A stretch of 64,000 nucleotides of DNA, taken from Selaginella moellendorffii (taxonomy: Eukaryota; Plantae; Lycopodiophyta). A program made the position numbers and the translations under genes. Of this stretch, positions 1 to 12,775 are shown one piece after another; within the stretch, counting starts at the first letter, position 1; each line of letters opens with the position of its first letter. The notes beneath the pieces are model-generated. The model was given only the letters and a program-made list of their open reading frames with translations. It made no database searches and was not told where the DNA came from. The stretch lies in the NCBI RefSeq assembly GCF_000143415.4, contig NW_003314323.1, forward strand, positions 186,001 through 250,000, in the 5' to 3' direction.

Positions 1-223
1 GAGCGCCGGCGCAGTGCCCCATTCCATCCATGAGAAAGGTTTGATTCATTCGCCGGGAAGAAAAATTCGTGATCTCTCTGGATTTCCAGGAAGGAAGCAA
101 AGAGGGAGAATCTCCGCCCGTGGACGATACAAAGAAAGAATAATATAAACAGTGTAAAAGCCCCGGGTTAACATGATGCCCCTTCTTTTTCATCGTCTCG
201 TCTATTAGGGCATAGCTGAAGCT

Positions 224-1805
224 ATGGGTATGGAGCTCGAGCAATGCGAGGAGCAAGGAGGAGCGCGCGTCGAGGATCTTCATCCCGAATCGAGGCCCAG
301 CATTCTCTGCGTTGGCGCGGCGGGCGTCGGCAAGACGACGATCGCGAATCGTGAGTAATCGCATGAGATTTCTAGTTCTTCTGTCAGATCTAAGCTCGGC
401 GGCAATTCAGGGTTGAGGCGCGATCGCGAGGTAATTGACGCATCGTCAGGAGCGATCACATGCTATGGGTACGCTGTTAGATCGCACTAGCGCCGAGATT
501 TACATGAGTTTTCTTCTTCGCGTAAAAGCTGGAAAATCGACACCAAGTACTACACTGCAAATGTAGGAATCTGGACGGCTCGGCTGGAGCAAGAACAAAC
601 TGACGAGGTTGTGAAGAGACTGGAATCTCTGAGTGGACAGTGCGAAGCGCTCGTCATGGTTTTTGATCTTAGCAACGTAAGCGCATTTCTTTTCTTCTCC
701 GTCTTATCGAACTTGTATTGTGTTTATAGGATTCTTCGTTTGATCGACTAAAGAACTGGGCGTCCAGAGCAGACTTGACCGCGTTTGAGATACTCCTTTG
801 CGTTGGAAACAAAGCCGACCGTTTGCCGCAACACTATGGCCACGTCGAGTACCGCCGGAGGCTACAAAGGCTTGGAGAGTCGTCCAGTGATCCTCATCCC
901 GAGTTTCTGGAATTCGGGATACAAAGGAACGAAGGAAGCTCGTTGCTTGACGACGAAGAGGTCGAGCTCGCAGGGCCAGCTCCCCCAGTTGACGAGAAGA
1001 AGCATAGCAGGATCGAGTGGTGCATCGAGAATGGCATCGAGTACATTGAGGCGTGTGCACTGAACGTTGCCTTTGACGACTGTAAGCACTGCTTCCTTCT
1101 ATCGCTTTTCTAGCTTTACGCTTTTCCTTCTCAGGTTTGTCATTGGATGGAGATTTGCAAGGTGTGTCCCGCATTCGAGGAGCACTGTCGGCTCACATGT
1201 GGCCGGGGATGGTGATGAAGCCAACTCCCAGCAAAGCGACCAGTGAAGCTCAAGCTTGCACACAAGGAGGTGAGAAAGAAATCTCCAAAATACCGTCACG
1301 AGCACGATCTTGTATTCGCGTAGATCCTTCGAGCGACGAGGAGTCCGACTTTACCATCGAGTACGAGCTTCTCTCGAGTGTATCAGACGACGAAGCCTTT
1401 GCCGCTGAGAGCGAAAGCCACCACCGCGAGGATCAAGCGACCGATAGCAGTGTCCTTGAAGCAGCATCAGTGACAGGGCAAGAAGCTACTGCCGATGCGA
1501 GCGAAGAACATGCTGGAGGAGTTAGCGGTGCTTCAGAAACAACACTAGCTGGAGACGATGGTGGAGCTCACGGCGATGGAGAAGAAGAAGTCGGGCATAA
1601 CAATGGACACGAAGCTTCGCAAGTTCGAAGCTCCGGCAATGGCAGCGAAGCGTATAGAATGGACGAGTTTGAGCAGCTGATGCAGGAGATGGCGGGTATG
1701 CGAGAGAATCTCAGTATGATGCCGGACGCACAGCGGCGAGAGATCGCCTCCCAGATCGCGATGAGAATGGCGTCCATGTTTATGGACGACGACGACGACG
1801 AATGA
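224..1805 (+). CDS. Alpha/gamma-adaptin-binding protein p34 (AAGAB/IRC6-like), multi-exon
   Basis: ATG 224; exon 1 P-loop-like ILCVGAAGVGKTT; later exons WKIDTKYYTANV, LLCVGNKADRLP, EWCIENGIEYIEAC, GVSRIRGALSAHMWPGMVMK; C-terminal FEQLMQEMAGMRENLSMMPDAQRREIASQIAMRM; short GT-AG introns. Confidence 0.85.
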
Positions 1806-1864
1806 TCGATCATAATAGAAGAAGAAAACTTTACTCGAAACTTCAAGACTTAGAAATCAAAGCT

Positions 1865-2375
1865 AAAGTCCTTGCTTGGCACCAGAAGACCTCGGCGTTC
1901 CTCGGCAGCTTTTCCACGATCCTGCTCCTACTCAAACATGTTCTTCTCGTCTCGCACAAACTCGGCGAATGGAAACGTCCATGGCGCCGTGCTCCCCCGG
2001 ATTGATCCTCTTCATCGCCCTCAATCCAAGTTCATAGACGAGTTCGAGTGAGTCTCTTCGTGCCTGTAGCCTCTCCCACCATACCACTGCATGGCGCTCA
2101 AAGCCTCCGTCAGCGTGAGATGGAGATCATGCCCAGCATCCTCACGATCCTGTTCTCCATCACGATCTCGTAGTGCCGGAAGTTCTTGTCGGCCCCGCGG
2201 CGAAGATGAGACACCACCTGCATGAAGTTCCGATCCTCCCCGGCCAGAGGTTGTCCACCATGATGGTGCGCTCCAGATCCAAACCTTCCAGCAGGCATGC
2301 GAGTCCCTTCCTCTGGATCACTGACTTGTATCGAGTGTGTAGATCTCCCTGGTTCTCAAGCTTGGCTTTGATCAT
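1865..2375 (-). pseudogene. Possible frameshifted fragment of an FCP1/NIF-type phosphatase-like gene
   Basis: KGLACLLEGLDLERTIMVDN resembles the NIF KDLxxLGRDLxxTIIVDN motif; reading frame breaks; no DxDxT motif seen. Confidence 0.25.
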
Positions 2376-2984
2376 CTAAGCATTGGTGTTATTTCTATGT
2401 CATGAATCCAGCTTTAGCTTCACGGAGCCGAGAACATTAAAGAAAGCTATGACGAAGGCGATGAAAGTAGAGGTGTAGAAATCCAACTCTCAGTCCATGC
2501 TGATAGAGCTGACGAACTTCAAAGCTCTCTCACCAATGCATGCAGAGGAGGCACCACAATTCAGCGAGCTACAACAATGAAATCCATCTGACTTAAGGTT
2601 TAGAGCTAACTAGATTTCAAAGAGCAAACAGGACTGATCATGGATCATATAAAATCTCTCCAAGCATCTGAAGCTTGCTTGATTTGCAAGTTTCTGATTG
2701 CTATTTTGTAGACTTTCCTTGTTCTTTTCGTTTGCTGATCGAGTCTTTGCACGGCTCTCTCATCCAAGCGCAAGGATGTTGCCGTCAAACAAGGAGCAAG
2801 AAATTGCAGAGATGAAGGCAAGTTTCTCTTCAATGTTTTATTCTTCAGTTAAAACTGTGTTGGGCACTTCAGACTCTCGTCCACGATTTGAAGCTTTCTT
2901 TGAGGCCTCCAACGTTTCAGGTACTCATGCATTCTCCAGGCTAGATAGCGATCTTACAACTTCCATACATGCAGAATTTACATG

Positions 2985-3150
2985 TACACTTGCAATACAT
3001 GTGAACGAGCGTGTTCCCGATCTCTTGCGAGAATTTGCCCCCAAATCGTTGCAAGACACTGCCGTGAATCTTTCTTCCCTCTTCCACATCCTTGACGCTC
3101 GAGCAAGCCCCAAGCACGCTCACATACGTGATCTCATTGGGAATCACTAA
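2985..3150 (-). pseudogene. Isolated PPR gene fragment
   Basis: IPNEITYVSVLGACSSVKDVEEGRKIHGSVLQRFGGKFSQEIGNTLVHMYCKC is a typical P/L/S junction; flanks are not PPR. Confidence 0.7.
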
Positions 3151-5118
3151 AGATTAATGTGTTTCATTCAATGGTAACATTATATGAGGTTGTGACTTTC
3201 AAAGTTTAGAATTGCAGAAAAAAAAGCCAAGCACTTGATGTATTGTGTTGATTTTGCTTCTTTTATTATTTTATACTGCTTGTGATGGCTTGATTGTTTT
3301 GAATTTGATTTGATCAACAAGAAAAACTACCAAAGTGATTTCATTTGAAATTGAAAATATCACCACATCTAGATTTCTCAAATTGACACTTTTAGAACAT
3401 TATTATTTTTTCCTTTCACTGATATTGCTTATAAAACCTCTATTGCCTCTGGCTGCTCCTCCTAAGAATCCTTCTCAAACACATAATCTTCATTGTCCAC
3501 ATTATAAAGAATTTGACTCATTTCATTGTTACTTATTTGAATTTCTGCCAAGTCCTCCTTGTTCTAGCTGCTCCAAAACTTCTTCAAATGTGAGATCTAG
3601 CATCTCCTCATCTCAGATTTGACAACAGAATTTCAATTATCTCTTTGTCATTCACTGGTATTTCTGCCATTTTAAAGATCATAATAGGGGTGTGTTCCTT
3701 TTCGTGTGCAACTTCATTCTCCTCAAGCAATGCTATGATATTAAACCATTGATATAGAGATCTTCCACATCCTGCATGTGAATCACTACCCCAGCTTTAT
3801 CAGTCTGTTGACCATTCTGTTTCGCTTCACTGCGAACCCTTTACTCATATAGTCTTGAACTGGAGCATGTTTGAGCTTCTTGTCTTAATGTGCCATGTCT
3901 TCCTAAGTGGTTTAATCTTGGCTGCTTCATATATGTGAGTTTTGTTTTTCCACTATAGGTAAATTTTTTCTTGCATTAACTGCAATGGTACTTTGGCTAG
4001 CTAATGTTGTCATTGCTGAAGTAATTGAAGTTGCCACATTCACTTTGATTGCACTTTGTATAAGTCAAGTGTTGCTCTTTCAGGTATGTCATCAACTTCC
4101 ACACTTCCAAACTGAAAGCCACTCTATTTGGGAGGAGGAAGCAAACAATGGGTACTTTTGGAGAAGATAAAACTCCTTGTACACTTTGCTGCTCTTCTTT
4201 AGCATCACATGAGTGTGTTTAAAGCTAACTTTGGGTAAAGGGAGTTTTATTAAACATCTGTTAATTTCTACCTTTATATCTAGCATATTCTTATAATTTT
4301 AATGTTACTGAGTGAAGTCATTGGGTAGTTTTGGAGAAGATGGAGCTCCTTGTACACCTTCCTTGGCTCAAAAAGATGAATGCTTTAAGTGAAACAGCTT
4401 AAAGGCCCACTAGTTTTAGAAAATAAAGGTCCTTTAGTTTTTTAAAATGGTGTTGTTGGAATTCAAAGATCAAAATTTGATCTTAACTTATTTGGAATAT
4501 GCATACACATCCAAATATTTTTTGAAGAAAGCTTTGGATTGGTTTATATTAACCACTTCATAATCTGTTTTATGTATTTTATATCAATGGAACGTTAAGA
4601 ATTTGGAATGTTTCTGAGGTAAGAAAATAGTTACTCTCTTCCGGTTCAATAAGTACTCTGAGAAGATAAAGAGGTTCTTGTTGAGTTGTGCTATTTGTAA
4701 CTTTGTTTTGGCTAGAAGACAAGAGCGAGAAGGCCAGAGTTTCCCAACGTATGCTACAGTCACTACTCGTTCTACTTGGGAAGAGTATCATCCAAGTCGA
4801 ACGAGATATCAATTATAACTCTCACTGAAACCCCAGGATGGATGTGTATATATATATATGATGAAAAGGTAAAATCCTTTTTACATACCTCACGTTTCGA
4901 CTTCACAATAGTTACTCTCGAGAGCTGAACTCAGTAATCGATTGGTGACAGAAGAGATTAATCACGAAGGAGAATGGACAACTTGCCAGAGACGATGATC
5001 GTGTTGTAGTACGATAGCACGGGCTCTATGTTTATATGACATGATAGAGACACCGTTTCCTGATTGATCTTGGTTAGAAGGCCAACGAGAAAGAAATGAT
5101 AGAACTTTGGCTTACCTT

Positions 5119-8100
5119 TTAAAAATAGCTGGAGACCTCCTGGATCATTGACAACTGCGCTAGAACTTTGCCAGCTTTCTTCTTCACAGTGACCGATCCG
5201 TGCTGCGCCAGTTCCACCAGAGGGAGCTTTGCTCGCCCGCAATAAGTTTCTCTCATATTCTTTAGTTTGAAGAGGCACGCCAGGAGATCGACCGTGCGCT
5301 CCTTGGCCGTGGCTGTCCCGTGAGCGAGCAAGCCCAGTGATTTGAGGATTGCGTTTGCTTCGTGAAGAAACCAGGCCCCGCGTTCTCTAGTTTCTTCACT
5401 GGAGACAAAAGTGAAGAAAGCCTCTACTGCTGCTTCGGCGGCAACGCTGCTTGGCTCGTCCAGTAGAGCAACCAGACCCGGAACCGCCCTGGCTTCCACG
5501 ATGCAAAACGTGGTCTTGACGCTGCATACTCCGGTGTGGACCTTGCAAATCGCTGGCACTGTCGGCCGGAAACAAAGCCATCCTGTGCTCGTTGGCGGAT
5601 GGCACAAGTCTAGTGTGGTCAGGGAGAAGTTCCTCAGGGCTCGTGCTGCTCTTGCCTTCCCTGTTGTGGTTCCCGAGTTGAGGATCGTCACCAGGACAGA
5701 ATGGATCCCCGAGTCCACCAAAGTCCTCTGGAGCTCTACGTTAGTTGGCTCCGTGAACCTCTCGAGCGCAGCGAGAGCACTCTCAGTGACTTTGGAGCTG
5801 TCGCCTTTCACCTGGGCCAGCACCGTGGTCACAGCTCCAGCCTCCATCAGTGTCTCCATGGTTTGCTTGTTGCTCGGGAAGCTCGCCAGTACCATTAAAA
5901 GATCTGCTCGGATGTCTGCGGAAGAACAGTTGCCGATCAAGTTAACGAAGTGTTCCAGCTTCTTCTCGGTGTACAGGCAGTCGAAAATGTCGCCTCCAGC
6001 TCCTTCCGACATGGAGCGAAGCAGGAACACAGCCGAGTCACGGACTTCTCTCTCGGCTCCATCGAGCAGCCCAACCAGAAAAGCTACTCCTTGCTGTTCC
6101 TTTATCACTTCCTGTACTAGTTCCCCGTCTTTTGATTGTGCCAGTCCATGAAGTACCAGGAGAATAGGTGCCCGAAGAATCAAGCCGTGCGAGGAGCTTT
6201 CCATGAGACCGATGAGCGTCTCGACGGCCTGTTTTACGTTCACTGCGTGCCCATCCCGGTCAGTGAGCGATGCGTCCGTATTTCCTTGCGCTATATTCTT
6301 GAGAGTTATTGCTGCAGCTTCTTTGCAAGTCTGAGGGAGCCTGGGAGACGTCAGATTGTCCATGAGAACGGGAAATCCACCAGCTTGTGCCATGCTTCGC
6401 TGGTTCTGAGAGTTTGACGACAGATTCCTCAACGCCTCCAACGCAGTAGCTTTTGCTTCGAGTTTATCGCTTATCATCATCTGGAGGAGAGGACCGATGA
6501 CTCCTTTCTCTCCAAGCATGAGCTTGTTTTGATCCGACAGAGACTCGAGGTTCCCAAGGGCTCGAGCCATAGCCAACTTCGATTCCTCACTACCTGTACA
6601 AGACCTGGCAAGGTTAGGAAACCAAAAAGAAGAAAAGAAATGACGGACCTTCAAGTAAGGACGATATCAGTGGATCAAAGTAGCTCATGGATGCCATTTG
6701 CACAATGTTCTCATTGCTGCTGCAAAGCTTCTCAAGGACAGGTTTTGCTGTCGGCTCGTTCTCATTGTGGAGCATCACGAGATGTAAGACGGCGCTCTTT
6801 TCTTGGCAGAGCTTCTCGCAAACAGATCTTTCATCCCCTTGCAGAAGCTCCAGCAATACCGACAGCGCCAGCTTTTTTAACGTACTCTTCCCGAGGCATC
6901 GAACGACTTGTTCCAGTCCGCCAACCTGGACAACTTCATCCTGGAGTAGAAAAAGCGCAAGCATAACTTATACATGAAGTAGACAGAAAGAAGAGACGAA
7001 GATACGTACTCTGTTTCTAAAATTGTTGTGCACGAGAATCCGCAGAGCTGTGAGAGCTCTCCTTTGGACCTCCTTGTCACGCAGCTTCATCACCTCAATG
7101 ATCTCCGGAATAACATTCTCTGCGGCGATCCACTCCGTGTTCGTGTTGCTCTCCTCGCACAGCTTGCACAAATCATCCAGAGCATTCTGCGCCAGTGCCA
7201 CGTCCCTCTTTTGGAGAAAATGCTTCGCTCGACGAATCCGTATGCAGTAGTTCTGATCCGTCCACTCCTGGATAGCCTTCCTCAGCGAAGTGTTGGGCCT
7301 CAGCGTGAAATCCGTAAGTTCCATATGAGTGAAAGGGTCCGACGTGTGGCCGCTCGCAAACCACCTTTCGATCTCACTTCGCTCGTAAGTCCGGTTGCTC
7401 GAAGCAGTCACTGGATCGATCATAACCTCACGCGCGAGCGGACAGATGAAGGAGCTCAGTGGATCAACCGGCTCAGTGATTCCAATGTGCTCGGACGCCT
7501 CCTTGTACCGCTGTCTTAGAACATCTGACGTGTAGGCAGCGTCGGCCTTGGACAGAAGATCGATCACTTGCTCCATGAAAGCCTGCTCCTGCATTTGCTT
7601 TCGCTCAGCCAGCAGCTCCTTCTCTCTTTTAAAGCTCGAGAGCTCCTTGTTGATCTCGGATGGCTCCACTGGAACTCCCACGGCCATGGCGATGGCGACG
7701 ATAAGATCGTTGGCGAAGCCCTGGTCCGTCCTGTGATCCCGGATCCCCTCCTCGAGCTTGCTGAGTATCTGTAACTTTGTCTCGGACGCCTGGAACTCAG
7801 CGCTCAAGAACTGGTTCTTGACTCTCAAGAGGTTGTCCCGGATATCAAGCGAGAGCTCCGTCCCGGCCAGGGACAAGAGCTCCAGATCCTTGCCGATATC
7901 GCGAGTCACCACCTGTGCGTCCTTGACGATGGAGCGGCAATGGAGCAGCAAGTAGAACTTGGACTTGTCCGTGCAATCGCTTACCAGCGTGTGCGCTCGA
8001 TCCAGGTCGGTCTTGAGCGACTGGAGCGCCTGGTTGGCTGCCGTGAGATCCTTGAAGCAGCGCTCCTTGAGCTCCGCGAGCACGGGCTCGATGTCGTGGA

Positions 8101-8230
8101 GGTAGCGCGAAAGCTTCTGGAAGCTCTCCTTCTCCACCAGGACATCCTTGGCGGCGATGGCAATCTCCAGCACCTGTGTGGTGATGAGCGTCAAGAGCGT
8201 GCTGATGGGGATGACCTCGATTCCAATCAT
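5119..8230 (-). CDS. U-box/ARM-repeat E3 ubiquitin ligase (PUB43/PUB44-SAUL1-like), 3 exons
   Basis: ATG 8230 (MIGIEVIP); U-box FICPLAREVMIDPVTASSNRTYERSEIERWF...DPFTHMELTDFTLRPNTSLRKAIQEW; ARM repeats; CKVHTGVCSVKTTFCIVEA motif; introns ~7009-6941 and ~6647-6594. Confidence 0.9.
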
Positions 8231-8354
8231 CGTGGCGCTGCTCCTCGCATTGACTAGAAATCCAAGCCCCAATTACCCTGATCCCCGTTGCGATGCGTGA
8301 TCGAAATCTCTTCCTCTCCCGAGCCGCAGCTAGCAGATGATCGCGCGAGATAGC

Positions 8355-8405
8355 GATAAAACCCTAGCCCACGCAAAAATGCCGCGCTTTTCTTCCTAGG
8401 GTTCT
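8355..8405. promoter_or_regulatory. Compact bidirectional promoter with telo-box-like motifs
   Basis: AAACCCTAG at ~8358 and CTAGGGTT at ~8396 lie in the ~180 bp between divergent starts at 8230 (-) and 8413 (+). Confidence 0.45.
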
Positions 8406-8412
8406 TGGCGCG

Positions 8413-9432
8413 ATGGGGCTCCGGCTTGATCTCCCTTACCTCGTCTCCAAGAAGGGCCACGTCCTGTCGCCGCGGCCGATTGGAGTGAAGAAGCTCAAAA
8501 TCCCCAAGCGCGTCTTCTTCATGCTCGGCTATCCGGTATGTGGATCGATCGCATTGTCGATCGACTGGCTAAATCACTGCTCCAGGGCACGGGCAAGTCT
8601 ACCGCGATCGCGTCTATCCTTGAGAAGCTCAGGAAGAATCACCCCAGGCTGCGAGTCCAGGGCTTCTACCAGAGTAGGAACTATTTGTCTGGCGCTTTAT
8701 AAATGCTGTAGCTCTGACCGTGCGTTCTTTTGTCCTGGAAGAACCATTGCTTCGCAGGGGTGAGAACATTGGCGTGGAATCGGTCTCGGTGAATGGCCCC
8801 AGCAAGATCTTCACGTCAACATATCCCATTCCGTGTGAGAAGATTTTCGATTTTCATTCTCTTTTTTGACATGGAAACGCGTTTTTTGTTCATTCTTTTT
8901 CTTCCTTAGGTGGTCCGCGACACGGACTCCGCCATTTCTGGGAAAGCATAGGATCGACATTGGAGCTTTCGAATCCATCGCTTTACCGGAGTTAAAAGTA
9001 TGTTTACTGAATCGAGCGCGATTGAGCAAAGTTTGATTTTTTTTTTTTTTTCTTGTGTGTGTGTGCAGCTACACTACGAGACCGAGCTCTTTGTCGTGGA
9101 CGAAGTGGGAGTGAAGGAACTAATGTCTCCAAAGTTTTATCCTTTGCTCCAAGACGTGCTCAACTCCGAGGTTCCGATACTGGGAGCTTTGCAACGGAAT
9201 TGCTACTGGGAGGACGAGATCAAACAAGGTTCTGCTTTGTCAAATCAAATTCCGGTTCCTAAAAGTGAAACTTTTGGCAGTGGAGGAGATCAAGAAACGC
9301 AAAGACACGCTGATCTACAAAATCTACAAGAAGACCACGAACCACACAGCAAAGCTGGTGTACCAAAGGCTAAACCAGTTTTTCCTCTACAGGAAAGAGG
9401 AAGGCCGAGATCACATCCGGAGAAGTCACTGA
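8413..9432 (+). CDS. THEP1/NTPCR-like nucleoside-triphosphatase (NTPase_1 family), multi-exon
   Basis: Spliced Walker A MLGYP|GTGKST; VQGFYQ; GKHRIDIGAFESIALPELK; Walker B LFVVDEVGVKELMSPKF; last exon VEEIKKRKD...IRRSH* ends 9432. Confidence 0.8.
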
Positions 9433-9590
9433 TCGTGTTCATAATCAAATGGTACACTTTTCTCCTCCTTTCCATCCTTTGATTGATCCCGTGCTGCGGT
9501 ATATCACATCAACGCGAAAGTTTTGCTTGTCTCATCAGAAGGTAAACTTGTTCTTCCCGATTGATCTTGTTTTTAACTTCGAAACTTCAG

Positions 9591-10570
9591 CTAGACGCGA
9601 GCTGGTCTCGAAAGCCCCATGCCGGTGCCACTACCAACATGCTTGAACGTCTTGGCTTCCAGATTTTCATCGTGACCAGCGAAACCAGTGCCACCTTTCT
9701 CCAGCGTCACCATGTTCTTGGCCTTGCACGGCCGGTTACACACCGAGCAAGCCTTCTCCGGGATGATGAACTGCTCGGCACACTTCTTACACAGGACGTG
9801 ACCGCAGCTATTGATCACCACCAGCGTCGTCCTGTTCGTCAGCGTGGTGGAACACGAAGGACACATATACCGGTTCTCTTCCGTGTCCTTCCCTTCCGGG
9901 TCGACGATCTCGCTGAAAGAAATCGTGAAGAGCTGCTTGAGCTTGAGCTTCTCCTTCCCTTCCGGACAGATCGTATCAGTCGATGGAGCGTCGATTCTCT
10001 CGGCAGCCTCTGGAGTCGCCGATGGAAGCCAGAAAGCTTTCATGCTTTTCAGCGCCTCCTCTTCGTAAGACGTGACTTTGACGCTGTTGGCTCCCTGGAA
10101 TCCAGCCTTGGCGTCGCCAAAGTCGTGGTTCTTGTCGTGGTGAGGCACCGCGCTGTTGTTCTGGCGATCGAATGCCTCGAGCGCGCGCTCCTTCTCGAGA
10201 TTTCGCCGCTCCAGCTCGTCCTCTTGATCCTTCTTTTGCTGCGTCGCGAACAACGCGATCTTCCTGTAGCGCCCACAAAGGCGTTGCAAAATCTATCCTT
10301 TCCCCAAGCACAAATCAAGGAAAATCCATACCTCTTGATGTCCTTCTTCTGAGCTAGCAGGGACTCGAGAATGCACTCCTTGCAGAAGAGATGGCCCTTT
10401 TGGCAGCACTGCGGATCGGTGAGGCGCTTAAGGCAAATGCAGCAGGCATCGAATGGCTTGATCGAATCCTTGCCCAGCCGCTCCTTCTGCGTGCCATAGC
10501 CAAGCTTGCGCCGCTCATCGTATGTGAAGAATGCGAGATCGTTGTTGTTCTTGGAGTGGCGCTGCGGCAT
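9591..10570 (-). CDS. NOSIP: Nitric oxide synthase-interacting protein homolog (NOSIP/CSU1-like RING E3), 2 exons
   Basis: MPQRHSKNNNDLAFFTYDERRKLGYGTQKERLGKDSIKPFDACCICLK; C-terminal RING CPSC...CGHVLCKKC...CSVC and GGTGFAGH; intron ~10331-10265. Confidence 0.93.
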
Positions 10571-10651
10571 CCTTCCTCTCCTCAAGCCCTAGAAATTCAA
10601 GGAATCAAAACAGAATAAACCCTTAAAACTATATGGACTAAAAAATTGCAA

Positions 10652-10725
10652 TTCCATTGCCGGGATTTGAACCCGGGTCGCCTGGGTGAAAGCCAGGTAT
10701 CCTGACCGGACTAGACGACAATGGA
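10652..10725 (-). tRNA. tRNA-Glu(TTC)
   Basis: TCCATTG acceptor stem pairs with CAATGGA; anticodon arm CCTGG-CT-TTC-AC-CCAGG; T arm CCGGG-TTCAAAT-CCCGG; T6 Pol III terminator at ~10645-10640. Confidence 0.95.
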
Positions 10726-10834
10726 TGGTGTGAAGTTTTTGAATTTTCTTCACTACAGCCGATATAGCTTTAACCCATTTTAACTTAGTAGACAGATCTT
10801 CGCGGCTTTTTTACTTTCTTTTTAACTCTTCTCT

Positions 10835-12502
10835 TCATGGAAATTCACCATCGCTCTCAAACTCGTCGGATGAAACATCTCCTCCCACTAAGTTATCGTC
10901 CGTGTCGGTTTTGTCGTCCTTGCCTCCAAACTCGTCCTCGGTGAAGTCTTGGTACTCGGCTGGATTGGACTTTGGCCGCGGAGGCTCTCTCTTCTTGTGC
11001 TTGAGTGGAGGCGCCACAAACGCGATCTTTTCCACCAGTCCAGCCACGTCCGACTCTTGGCGCATCTTCTCCAGTCGAGCAGCCAGTCTGCTCATATGAG
11101 CTTCCAGAGCTTCTTTGCTTTGATTGTATCTAGCCCTGTACAAAGCCTGGAAGGAAAAAACACAGCAATGTTTCAGTGTGATCTAGAGAAACTTGGTAGA
11201 ACCAAAAGGCGATGATCTAGCAAAACCGCTGGAGGACTTGAGACAAGAAGAACGATCAAGCAAAACGGTGATGTGTTTCAGTGTGATCTAGAGAAACTTG
11301 GTACAACCAAAAGACGATGATCTAGCAAAACAGCTAGAGGACTTAGAGAAAACAAAAGAAGATAAAGAAGTTGAGTGACAAGAAGAACGATCAAGCAAAA
11401 TGGTGGAGTTGATCTAGCGTGAAAGAATCGGAGAACTTGAGAGAAAGAGTGAGAGCTACTTACATTTCTCTTGGAGAGCTGGTTCTCGGGAATTAGCTCG
11501 TTTGGCTGCCTGTAGTTCCTGCCTCGGTACATGTAGACAGTGGTGCCTATGATGTCTACAACGATGCCTCCGCTCAGTCTCGCCAGCTCGGCCGCCATGT
11601 CTTTGATCTTGCTCTTGTGGAACATATGGAGGTCGATCTGGCACGTCTCGTGGAACTTCCAGTGCTGGTGGATGTTTTCGATGGTTCCACCAAAAATCCC
11701 TCGCACTCCAACCGGAACGTAGTTCCTGTTCATGTTTGCGAGCTTCTTGAGCGAGTAGAGCTGCTCTGGCGTGAGTATTTCTGGATCGTGCTCGGACTCC
11801 TCGTCCGGTGGAAGTTTCAGGCTCTCGAGCCGCTGCTTTTGGAGAGCAAGCTTCCGTCTAGTCTGCAAGGTGAAGAAGAAAAAGAAAAGGAGTTAGAACA
11901 CCTGAGATCATAGAAAACAAATGGAAGTACCAATTCGAGCCTCCACATAAGCTTTGCTTCCGGGGTCATGTTGTGCTGCCTAAACGCTCCTCTCTCACGG
12001 AGGAGCTTCGCATTCTCGATCGCTCGCCTTTTCTTCTCGTTCTCGTTTAGATTCAATCCAACGTACTCGCCAGTTTGTGGGTTCGTCCACCTTGCTTGAG
12101 CCTCCATGCACGAACTTGTCACAAAAGTTCGACAGAAGAATCGTTTTCCCTGCTCTGTCGCTGACGAGAACGAAGATATGGCGATGGAGTTCGTAACGAC
12201 CTCGTTTTTCCCTGTGAGAACTTAGAACCATAAACACAATCGAAACTTCCAAAGATCATACCTCTTCTTGGATCGAAAATGGATACATGCTCGTTTTTTC
12301 CTGCAAGAAGCCTGCTATTAAGAACAATAGCCATGAACATATCAAGTTATACCTCTGGATTCTCGAGAAAAAATTCCTCTCCAGGCCAATCTGATCGATC
12401 CTGTGATGCGAATCCATCACGAAATCGGCACAAAGAGCTAGAATCTGCGCATACCTTGTCGTGATCGTGAGACAGTGCTCCACATTCTCCGCCCCGGAGC
12501 AT
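10835..12502 (-). CDS. Single-CRM (CRS1/YhbY) domain organellar intron-splicing factor (CFM9-like); 5' exons uncertain
   Basis: DPEILTPEQ...YVPVGVRGIFGGTIENIHQHWKFHETCQI...ELARLSGGIVVDI...MYRGRNYRQP, then spliced ALYRARYNQS and an acidic tail; start ATG either 12502 or 12485. Confidence 0.85.
11168..11425. repeat. Intronic tandem duplication (~105-bp unit, about 2.3 copies)
   Basis: TGTTTCAGTGTGATCTAGAGAAACTTGGTA..GATGATCTAGCAAAAC..GAGGACTT..AAGAAGAACGATCAAGCAAAA repeated at ~11169 and ~11274. Confidence 0.8.
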
Positions 12503-12775
12503 CAAAACCCTAAACCTTTGGCATTACGAATAACCCTAGCAGGGATTTTGGAGGGAGGGAGAGGGCTGGCGATTTCGTCTCGAAAGATCGACTCCTCGGC
12601 GACTGGAGCACAGCGCCATGGTAGATTCCATCTTCGGTGAGCTTCTTGGCACGGCGTCCTGGTGAATCGCTTCCAGATCGGTGCTAGGGCGCCTACATTC
12701 AAGAAAGATCCAGGTCTGGACACCGCATTCTTGCGCAGCGTCTTGCGATGGCTGGATAGATCGACAAGGGTCGCG

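Noticed and set aside
3200-4560. AT-rich region with a short direct repeat (~4149 and ~4322), possible old TE relic
   Set aside because: No recognisable termini or protein motifs
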